Assembly: GCF_003231495.1 (NCBI RefSeq)
Contig: NZ_PQWO01000004.1
Location: forward strand, 393,918 to 425,917
DNA: 32,000 nt
Reading direction: 5' to 3'
Source: Acaryochloris thomasi RCC1774
Lineage (GTDB): Bacteria; Cyanobacteriota; Cyanobacteriia; Thermosynechococcales; Thermosynechococcaceae
The notes under the pieces are model-generated. The model was not told the DNA's origin, searched no databases, and saw only the letters and a program-made list of their open reading frames with translations. Below, piece after piece: positions 19,081-26,139 of this stretch (position 1 is its first letter; each line of letters begins with the position of its first letter). The translations under genes were made by a program, and so were the position numbers.

Positions 19081-19150
19081 GCTAAGTGAGGACAGCCCTT
19101 CTTTAGCGGACATGATGTTCAACCATTTTGATGTCCTAATCAATACGCGT
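19081..19150. repeat. Copy A of a ~68-nt repeat (partner at 20999-21068)
   Basis: The sequence is gctaagtgaggacagcccttctttagcggacatgatgttcaaccattttgatgtcctaatcaatacgcg. With copy B it shares the identical blocks gctaagt, agcccttcttt, gacat and ttgatgtcctaat. It contains the inverted repeat ggacat...atgtcc. Confidence 0.6.
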
Positions 19151-19267
19151 ACTGCCATACCTGTGGGGCAAGGTGATCATGCTCTAGATCTCTGTAGTCT
19201 GCCACAGTAGAGCTGCTCGGTCTCATCTGGACACCACCATCTCTATTTTTGGAACGTTAAGAGAATA

Positions 19268-19296
19268 TTGCGTTCTGTTAACCTGGCGGTTATAAT
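19268..19296 (+). promoter_or_regulatory. Candidate sigma70-type promoter
   Basis: TTGCGT (19268-19273), a 17-nt spacer, then a perfect TATAAT (19291-19296). The palindrome tttgta...tacaaa (19297-19317) follows directly. A start here would give a ~385-nt leader before the precursor ORF. This is pattern match only. Confidence 0.25.
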
Positions 19297-19686
19297 TTTG
19301 TACACTGTAATTACAAAAGTAATGCTAGTTATGTCTATGAACATCTCGTTCATAGTCTTCTGTTAGTTATTCAGGCGCTACTCACTATCAAACTCACTTG
19401 CTTGGGGGGTACAGGCAAGATAGAGGGTTTTGGGGTAAGCAAAGCATAGGCAATCTCGGTTGTTTATGTCTCTGCAACGTCTATTTCGCTGTTAGATAAG
19501 TACATTCGCGAGCTTTAGGTTGATTCTAATTTCGCTAGATGCGTTCTGAAGAGCAATGCTCGAAGGAACTGTCCTGCATGTCTGCACACGAGATAGCCGC
19601 TGCTCGCTGATCATTCATTCGCGGTCTCAATGACTAACGTCACTAGTGTCTTTTGGCAGTTTGTATGCACTTTTTCTAGGAGATAA

Positions 19687-19851
19687 ATGATGCAGCATAA
19701 GAAAGCTTATTCATCCCCAGCCTTGGCTGTTCACGGTTCTGTTGAGGAAATCACGAAGGGATACGGTCGTCGTCGCCGTCGTCGTCGTCATGCCCGTCAC
19801 ATTTTCATCAAGCGAGCAAGGCTTAAGCATCCCCAAGGCAGCGGTTCATAG
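19687..19851 (+). CDS. RiPP precursor-like peptide: lasso-type leader plus poly-Arg core
   Basis: Hand translation gives MMQHKKAYSSPALAVHGSVEEITKGYGRRRRRRRHARHIFIKRARLKHPQGSGS*. AGGAG at 19678-19682 lies 4 nt before the first ATG and 7 nt before the second. The leader fits YxxPxLx3Gx5Tx, followed by Gly. It is below the ORF-track cutoff. The HprK-like, ABC and NTase genes lie directly downstream. Confidence 0.65.
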   Translation: MMQHKKAYSSPALAVHGSVEEITKGYGRRRRRRRHARHIFIKRARLKHPQGSGS

Positions 19852-19951
19852 TCGCGCTATTTCCTGTTTTTTAGGAAAGCGTACGGGGCTTTTTGCGCTT
19901 CCGTTTGCTGGCTTAAGGTCACCAGGCGGGGGCTCTGAGTTTTGAACGCTG

Positions 19952-19978
19952 ATAACGCGGTGCTCTGCATCGCGTTAT
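19952..19978 (+). terminator. Hairpin between precursor and kinase; possible attenuator or partial terminator
   Basis: ataacgcg (19952-19959) pairs with cgcgttat (19971-19978) across an 11-nt loop, and is followed by ttgtctgtgagtttc. The position is typical of hairpins that set precursor-to-enzyme stoichiometry in RiPP operons, but the U-tract is weak. Confidence 0.3.
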
Positions 19979-20055
19979 TGTCTGTGAGTTTCTCCTGCTC
20001 AAAATTTAGATTTCAGCAACAGGCGACTTCAAACGCGATTGGTGTACAACGATTC

Positions 20056-20964
20056 ATGCCTATGTATTCTGCCTACGGTCTCACCCTTCAGTCTGACCTT
20101 CATTTACCAGAATTAGCTCCTGGGACGGGCGATGCAGATATCGTCATCCGGTGGGGCAAGCTGTCTGCACCGTCGCTGGTCGCTACGAATTCAGAATGTA
20201 CCTGTCACATCCGCGAGCAGGTTGCCTATCTCGCCTGGGAGAATGCTGGAACCTTTAGGGTGAAAGGAGGACGGGAGATTATTGTCGACCCGTTACCCGG
20301 GGCCGATGAGCGAGTGATCCGCCTTTACTTGTTGGGGGCTGCCCTTGGATTACTGTTGCATCAGCGTCAGTTGCTAGTGCTTCATGCGAGTACGGTGGCT
20401 GTTAATGGCGTTGCTATTGCATTTCTAGGCGACAGCGGTCAGGGCAAATCCACAACCGCAGGAGCCTTCCAGCTACGGGGCCACCAGGTGATGACCGATG
20501 ACGTCACTGCGCTACGGATGGATGTGCCTCCTCTGGTGCTACCCGGCTACCCACAGCTTAAGCTTTGGCCTGAATCGGCAGAGTGTTTAGGCGACAAACC
20601 TGAGGCGATGCCGCGTCTGCACCCACAATTAGAGAAGCGATCGCATCACTATCACGACCAGTTTTCCCTGGAGCCGCTGCCGCTACAGTGCATTTATCTG
20701 TTAGGCGAGGGACCTACCTTAGAGTTAGAAGTTCTAACTGGACAGGATGCCTTAATGGAGCTGTTGCCGAATTGGTACTGCACTCGCTTCGGCGACGCCA
20801 TGCTTCAGGCCACCAACCACGCCGCTCATTTTGCTCACTTTACTCAGCTTGTGAAGCAGGTGCCCATCTGCTACCTGAGTCGGCAATATGACTTGGACGC
20901 AGTATCCGACATTGTGGATTTAGTTGAATTACACCTTGCCGACCTAGCCTTAGCCAGCGTTTGA
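20056..20964 (+). CDS. HPr kinase/phosphorylase-like (HprK-related) serine kinase
   Basis: The P-loop context LHASTVAVNGVAIAFLGDSGQGKSTTAGAF...MTDDV matches the HprK C-terminal domain. The likely start is MPMYSAYGLTLQSDLHLPEL at 20056 (or 20062). The track's start at 19942 adds 38 codons that look unlikely to be coding. Confidence 0.85.
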   Translation: MPMYSAYGLTLQSDLHLPELAPGTGDADIVIRWGKLSAPSLVATNSECTCHIREQVAYLAWENAGTFRVKGGREIIVDPLPGADERVIRLYLLGAALGLLLHQRQLLVLHASTVAVNGVAIAFLGDSGQGKSTTAGAFQLRGHQVMTDDVTALRMDVPPLVLPGYPQLKLWPESAECLGDKPEAMPRLHPQLEKRSHHYHDQFSLEPLPLQCIYLLGEGPTLELEVLTGQDALMELLPNWYCTRFGDAMLQATNHAAHFAHFTQLVKQVPICYLSRQYDLDAVSDIVDLVELHLADLALASV

Positions 20965-20998
20965 TTCGGGTTGGTGATTGCTCCTATCGCCGTCGCCA

Positions 20999-21068
20999 GC
21001 TAAGTTAGGGTAGCCCTTCTTTGGCAGACATCGGTTTTAACAACCTTGATGTCCTAATTAATCCGTCG
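20999..21068. repeat. Copy B of the ~68-nt repeat (partner at 19081-19150)
   Basis: The sequence is gctaagttagggtagcccttctttggcagacatcggttttaacaaccttgatgtcctaattaatccgtcg. It sits in the 117-bp gap between the kinase stop and the ABC start. It contains the inverted repeat gacatc...gatgtc at the same relative position as the hairpin in copy A. Confidence 0.6.
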
Positions 21069-21081
21069 AAGGCTGTAATTC

Positions 21082-22899
21082 GTGATGCCAGTGGGTCCAT
21101 TGCTTCATTTGCTTCGTGCCCAATGTGGCGCCCTCAAAACTGCGACAAAGCTGGTCTGGCAGAGTTCTCCGGGCTGGACGATTGGTCGTCTGATTCTCGT
21201 TGTCATTCAGGGGATTTTACCCCTCGCCTCTCTCTATCTCACCAAGCTGATCGTCGATGCTGTAACCGTCAGCGTCACGGACGCAGACAAAGCCCCTATT
21301 CTCAATCAGGCGCTGGTATTGGTGGGGCTCTACGCCGGGGTGATGCTGATTACGAACCTGTGTATCGCCCTCTCAGAGCTGATCAATGCGGCCCAGCGCC
21401 AGCGGCTGACCGATTACACCCAAGAATTACTCCATACGCAAGCTGCAGCCCTAGACCTTGGATACTACGAAGATCCTGAGTACCACGACATTTTAGAGCG
21501 AGCCGAAGAAGAAGCCCCCTACCGCCCCGTCGATATTCTCGACAACCTTGTGCAGATCGGTGAAAACGGCATTTCGCTGCTGGCAATGGTGGGATTGCTC
21601 CTGTCGCTGCATGCAGGTCTGATTGGGGTGTTGTTTGCGGCAGCTCTACCCGCAATGTTTGTGAAAATGAAATTTGCTCAGGTGTTCTATCGCTGGGAGC
21701 GCAGCCGTACGTCTCTGGAACGACAGGCTGACTATTTAGGGTGGCTGCTAACGTCTGACTCGGCAGCGAAAGAGGTGCGACTCTATGGCCTGAGCCGCTT
21801 CTTTGGACAGCGATTTCAGCAGATTCGCCAGCGCCTGTATCGAGAGAAATTAAAGCTGGTGATGCGGCGATTTATTTGGTTCGCCGGTACTCAGTTGATC
21901 ACGAGCGGTGTCGTATTTTTAGCCTATGCTTTTATCGTTTATCAGACGGTGCAGGGCACTCTAAAGCTTGGGGATTTAGTGCTCTACCATCAGGCCTTTC
22001 AGCGTGGACAAGGCGCAATGCGAGCGGTCCTGCAGGGATTAGCCGGTCTATATGAAGATAATCTCTTCATTGAGAATTTCCGGGAATTTCTAGCTCTGAA
22101 GTCTCGCTTGCCTGCTTTGGTCAAGCCTCGATCTGTCCCGATGCCTCTGCAGCAGGGTATTACGCTGGAGAACGTCAGCTTCCAATATCCTAAAACTACG
22201 CGGCAGGCTCTCCGAAACGTAAGTCTCACGATTCGTCCCCAAGAAACCATTGCGCTGGTGGGCGAGAACGGCTGTGGTAAAACAACGCTAGTGAAGCTGT
22301 TGTGTCGCCTTTACGATCCGACCGAAGGCCGAATTGCGCTAGATGGCATTGATCTCAGATCCTTCGAGATTACAGAGCTGCACCGCCACATGAGCGCAGT
22401 GTTTCAAGACTATGTGCAGTACCATCTGACGGCTCGGGAAAATATTGGGTTAGGGAATATTGAGCTGTCCGATGAGGCTGCCATTAAGGAAGCAGCTCTT
22501 CGTTCAGGAGCCGATACGGTGATTCATCAACTGCCGCAGGGGTATCAAACGGTGCTCGGCAAGTGGTTTGAAGCTGGTGAAGAACTCAGTGGTGGACAGT
22601 GGCAGTCCATTGCTCTGGCTCGGGCTTTCTTACGCAATTCCCCCATTATTATCCTGGATGAACCCACGAGCGCTCTTGACCCCAAGGCAGAGTATGAGGT
22701 CTTCCAGAAGTTTTACCAGCTGACGCACAACCAAACCGCAATCTTAATCAGTCATCGCTTAGCAACTGTCAGGATGGCGGACTGTATTTACGTCATGGCA
22801 AATGGTTCAATCATTGAGAAGGGTACACATCAGGAGTTGCTGAGACGGGGGGGGACCTATGCTCAGCTCTATGAGACGCAAGCTAAAAATTACCGCTAA
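21082..22899 (+). CDS. ABC transporter, fused permease/ATPase (exporter type)
   Basis: The 605-aa ORF has an N-terminal multi-TM domain. It carries Walker A GENGCGKTT, the signature LSGGQWQSIALARA, and Walker B IIILDEPTSALD. There is no N-terminal C39 peptidase domain. Confidence 0.9.
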   Translation: MMPVGPLLHLLRAQCGALKTATKLVWQSSPGWTIGRLILVVIQGILPLASLYLTKLIVDAVTVSVTDADKAPILNQALVLVGLYAGVMLITNLCIALSELINAAQRQRLTDYTQELLHTQAAALDLGYYEDPEYHDILERAEEEAPYRPVDILDNLVQIGENGISLLAMVGLLLSLHAGLIGVLFAAALPAMFVKMKFAQVFYRWERSRTSLERQADYLGWLLTSDSAAKEVRLYGLSRFFGQRFQQIRQRLYREKLKLVMRRFIWFAGTQLITSGVVFLAYAFIVYQTVQGTLKLGDLVLYHQAFQRGQGAMRAVLQGLAGLYEDNLFIENFREFLALKSRLPALVKPRSVPMPLQQGITLENVSFQYPKTTRQALRNVSLTIRPQETIALVGENGCGKTTLVKLLCRLYDPTEGRIALDGIDLRSFEITELHRHMSAVFQDYVQYHLTARENIGLGNIELSDEAAIKEAALRSGADTVIHQLPQGYQTVLGKWFEAGEELSGGQWQSIALARAFLRNSPIIILDEPTSALDPKAEYEVFQKFYQLTHNQTAILISHRLATVRMADCIYVMANGSIIEKGTHQELLRRGGTYAQLYETQAKNYR

Positions 22900-22902
22900 T
22901 TT

Positions 22903-24141
22903 TTGATCTATTTAGAATCAATCCCTATGGTCATCTCGGCAAACCCAATTGCCTCAACGGTCACAGTAATATCTCCAGAAATGCAGCTAGTGCTGTACTG
23001 CGCGCGTACCCAGCTCAATGACGCCATTGTTGACCAGCTACAGCAACTCCTGCAGCAGCCCCTTGATTGGGCTAGTGTCATTGAAGCGGCCTTTACGCAT
23101 CGCGTCGTTCCGCTGCTGTATCAGGCTCTCAATACCCACGCTTCGGCCTTAGTGCCTGCTGAGATTCTAGAAGAGCTGCAGCAAGAGTTTCAGGACAATC
23201 AACTGGATAATCTTGCTTTGACGCAGGAACTGGTGCAGCTTCTTAAACTATTGGCTGAACATCAGATTCCAGCTATTTCTTTTAAGGGGCCGCTTCTGGC
23301 AACCACTGTCTACCAAAATTTAGCGCTGCGAACGTTTAGTGATTTAGACATCTTGGTGCATCCTCAGCATTTTGGAGAAGCCCGCGATCTGCTGTTTGCC
23401 CACGGCTACCGGTCTGGCATGCAGCATGTCTATCTGCTCAACTCTCCCAGACACGAGGGAAAACTCGTACGGGCTTTGGGTGAATGTCCGTTTCAGCACC
23501 CGGAAACCTTATTCTGTATCGATTTACATCAGCGTCTGGTGGCGGGCGAGTTCTATCATCTGTCGTTTACCTTTGATCAGATTTGGTATCGTCTCCAGAC
23601 AGTGTCTGTGCTGGGGGCACCGATCGCTAGCCTCCATCCAGAGGATTTGTTGCTCTACCTTTGTATTCATGGGGCCAAGGATCGCTGGCAGCGTCTGAGC
23701 TGGGTTTGTGATGTGGCTGAGCTGGTTCGCCTACACGATGAACTGAACTGGGCTGATCTAGTTCAGAAAGCTCGCTGGGCCGGAACAGAGCAAATGTTGC
23801 TGCTGGGTTTGGTGTTGGCTCGGGATTTGTTAGCGGTGGAGTTGCCAGATGCGATCGCAACTCTCATAAAAACAGACTTCCGCCAGCAATCATTAGCCTC
23901 TCAGGTCCGGCAGCAGATTATTCAAGGCGACGACGACGCAGATCTGACCGTCAACCTATGGCAGCGCTTTATCTTTGGCTTTCAGCTCCTTGAACGCTTC
24001 GACGATCGGTCTCGCTGTAGCCTCACCTTTGTCAAAAATCTCTTGAGACCTACGCCAGACGATCGCGAGTTTTATCCACTCCCGACGTGGCTGTCTTTTC
24101 TTTATCCCGTTGTGCGACTAGCCCGACTGCTGAGTCAGTGA
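22903..24141 (+). CDS. Uncharacterised nucleotidyltransferase family protein (NTP_transf_5-like)
   Basis: Family-typical blocks are present: LVLYCAR near the N-terminus, FKGP, FSDLDILV, IDLHQRL and LYLCIHGAKDRW. The track start at 22903 is a TTG located 3 nt after the ABC stop. The first ATG is at 22927. Confidence 0.7.
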   Translation: MIYLESIPMVISANPIASTVTVISPEMQLVLYCARTQLNDAIVDQLQQLLQQPLDWASVIEAAFTHRVVPLLYQALNTHASALVPAEILEELQQEFQDNQLDNLALTQELVQLLKLLAEHQIPAISFKGPLLATTVYQNLALRTFSDLDILVHPQHFGEARDLLFAHGYRSGMQHVYLLNSPRHEGKLVRALGECPFQHPETLFCIDLHQRLVAGEFYHLSFTFDQIWYRLQTVSVLGAPIASLHPEDLLLYLCIHGAKDRWQRLSWVCDVAELVRLHDELNWADLVQKARWAGTEQMLLLGLVLARDLLAVELPDAIATLIKTDFRQQSLASQVRQQIIQGDDDADLTVNLWQRFIFGFQLLERFDDRSRCSLTFVKNLLRPTPDDREFYPLPTWLSFLYPVVRLARLLSQ

Positions 24142-24201
24142 CCTGGTCATGAAAAAGAGGTCACAGGCAGAATTATGTTGAAAGCAGGGCAGACAATAGG
24201 A

Positions 24202-25677
24202 TTATAGGCGGACTCGCTGCCAAGTTTTTACGTCACGAAACTTGGGTTTAACAGGCAACTCAACGGTCGATAAGACATCTGCAAGACTGGACACGTCTTC
24301 AGGCACAGCAATGCCAGAGGTGGCTCCTGTCGTAGTGATGAGCGTTCCATCATAATCTGAGGGGGGGCGAGTTGTAGAGCTGCTAGGTGCATTGACGACA
24401 TCTTCTACCCAAACAACTCCATCAAAGTTGCTGTTACCAGGACTGGGGCAACCGTCTCCCGTCGTTTGAATTTGTAAGTCTAAGTAAGGGCTATAGAAAA
24501 AGGCTGTATCAATACAACTGGTGTCATAAAGGTCTAACGGTGCACCGTCAATTGCAGTCATGATGATTCTCAGATCACCGACTCGAGGAGGCTGACCATC
24601 GGTGCGTATATTCTGAATCTTGGAGTTCCCTCTGAGAGATGACCACCAATGGACGTAGAGATATACGGGACCAGACGTTGTATCTACCGTCACTGTATCG
24701 TTCCCAGTGAGCTGGATCTCGGGCGTTTGGTAGTAGGTAATGCCACCACCGGCTGCAGTCAAGGTTCTACTGCTGTTCAAAACGCCCAAGTCAGTCCCTT
24801 GGGGAGTCACAGGCCAAGTAAACGCAATCGGACAGGCTGTAATTTTTCCTTTAACGGCATCCCCGCTGAAGCCATCCGTCGAGCCGGACCAGATCGCGTC
24901 TAAAGACTGAGAACGCTTGCTATCCCCTGGAGAAGTTCCTCCTGTAAAAGTCGGACTTGCTGAATAGCCAGGATTATAGAAAAGGTTGCCATTATTGCCT
25001 GTCACAGTTCTGCCTTGTAGATAAATGCTTCGGCTCGTGAGTACACCAGGAAAAACTTCAGGGGTGTCAACCCGTAGGGTTGTGACAATGTAAGAGGCCG
25101 AGGCGTCTCGTGTACCTTCGATTAAAAAGCTAGCTGTTTTCTGAGTTTGGTTATATCGATAAGCCTTGAGAGTGTATTGGCCACTGGTGCCAAATGCACC
25201 GCTGTAGCTGATGTTGGGTGGAGCTATCCCCGGGCTAATGCATGGGGTTGTCGTCGCACTTCCCCATTCATCAATCGCAGCGCTTTCTTCGTCCCCGCTA
25301 TTGAGCATGCCATCTGGGCCAAAGTAAGTTTTGCCTGTTTTAGGATTAATGGGATCATAATTACGAGCCAATAAGACTGCATTATTCGGCCTCATAAGCT
25401 GGGCTAACGTTCGTGCAAAGCCACCTTCCGCACTGGCTTGACTTGCGCCAGATTCTTTTCGTTGCCATGCAGTGGAGCGACTGTTTTGAGAGACCAGTAT
25501 CGTGGTCATTCCCAACGTCAGCATAACCAGTCCTAACCCTATTGCTAAAGGCAAGGCAAAACCCTGATCGGCCTTCTGGTAACGACTCTGGCTATCAGCG
25601 ACTGAAAAAGCAGACGAGGCAACTAGCGTGCTGACAAAAGCACGTTGCACTATTTTGAGGCTGTTTGGAAGCACCAT
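24202..25677 (-). CDS. Pseudopilin-like / HpsA-like N-terminus protein; extracellular hypothetical
   Basis: QGFALPLAIGLGLVMLTLGMTTILVSQ...AEGGFARTLAQL resembles the prepilin-like hydrophobic N-terminus of cyanobacterial HpsA-type proteins (GFALP instead of GFTLIE). The rest is rich in Gly, Thr and Ser. The leader length and start codon are uncertain. Confidence 0.55.
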   Translation of the reverse strand: MVLPNSLKIVQRAFVSTLVASSAFSVADSQSRYQKADQGFALPLAIGLGLVMLTLGMTTILVSQNSRSTAWQRKESGASQASAEGGFARTLAQLMRPNNAVLLARNYDPINPKTGKTYFGPDGMLNSGDEESAAIDEWGSATTTPCISPGIAPPNISYSGAFGTSGQYTLKAYRYNQTQKTASFLIEGTRDASASYIVTTLRVDTPEVFPGVLTSRSIYLQGRTVTGNNGNLFYNPGYSASPTFTGGTSPGDSKRSQSLDAIWSGSTDGFSGDAVKGKITACPIAFTWPVTPQGTDLGVLNSSRTLTAAGGGITYYQTPEIQLTGNDTVTVDTTSGPVYLYVHWWSSLRGNSKIQNIRTDGQPPRVGDLRIIMTAIDGAPLDLYDTSCIDTAFFYSPYLDLQIQTTGDGCPSPGNSNFDGVVWVEDVVNAPSSSTTRPPSDYDGTLITTTGATSGIAVPEDVSSLADVLSTVELPVKPKFRDVKTWQRVRL

Positions 25678-26139
25678 CTGTAACCTTTAGATATCAACTC
25701 TGCCAGAGCCTCCGCAGTGCAAAAATGAGATTGTGATTTTGACCTAATGCTGGCGCGTTCAGGATGACTGAACGTTCTGTCATTATGGTACCTGCAGGAA
25801 ACCAACTGTTGCCTCAGAAAATCTACGGGATCTTTCCATAGGGATAAGGCCAGAAAGATCTGCGACAAACAGCGTTGCTTAGGCTAATTTTTAAAACAGC
25901 TTTAAAATGCACACTGTTATTGCCTTAAATTCGTACGAGTAAAGCGCTAAAGGGAATTTTGATAAAGACTTGTGAGAAATCCAGATAAAGACTGAGACTT
26001 TCTCAACGACGACGCGGTATTCACAGTGAGTCGTATTCTGCTTACCTGCTGTCAAAGCGCGAATACTACGGGAATCAAGATGGCATAATAATTGACTCCG
26101 CTTCCACCCAAGATTCTTGCAAAATTGAACACTAGGACT

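Noticed and set aside
19742-19945. Track ORF of 67 aa (…RRDTVVVAVVVVMPVTF…), which overlaps the poly-Arg peptide in another frame.
   Set aside because: It starts at a TTG with no Shine-Dalgarno, encodes a low-complexity poly-Val stretch from the CGT repeat, and runs across the hairpin region. The other frame, starting at 19687, has AGGAG at ideal spacing and a complete lasso-type leader motif.
19942-20055. The 38-codon N-terminal extension of the HprK-like ORF given in the track.
   Set aside because: The extension (MNADNAVLCIALLSVSFSCSKFRFQQQ...) spans the inverted repeat at 19952-19978 and does not look conserved. HprK-related proteins typically begin near M..Y.AYGL, which fits the ATG at 20056 or 20062.
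21021-21479. A 152-aa ORF that overlaps repeat copy B and the 5' end of the ABC gene.
   Set aside because: It is out of frame with a well-supported ABC transporter, is Arg/Ser/Pro-rich, and looks like a typical shadow ORF.
25756-25774. A 7-bp hairpin (cgttcag-gatga-ctgaacg) in the spacer between the AAA-WD40 gene and the pseudopilin-like gene.
   Set aside because: It is not followed by a U-tract on the minus strand, where both flanking genes lie, and it is ~370 bp from the upstream stop codon. That is insufficient to call a terminator.
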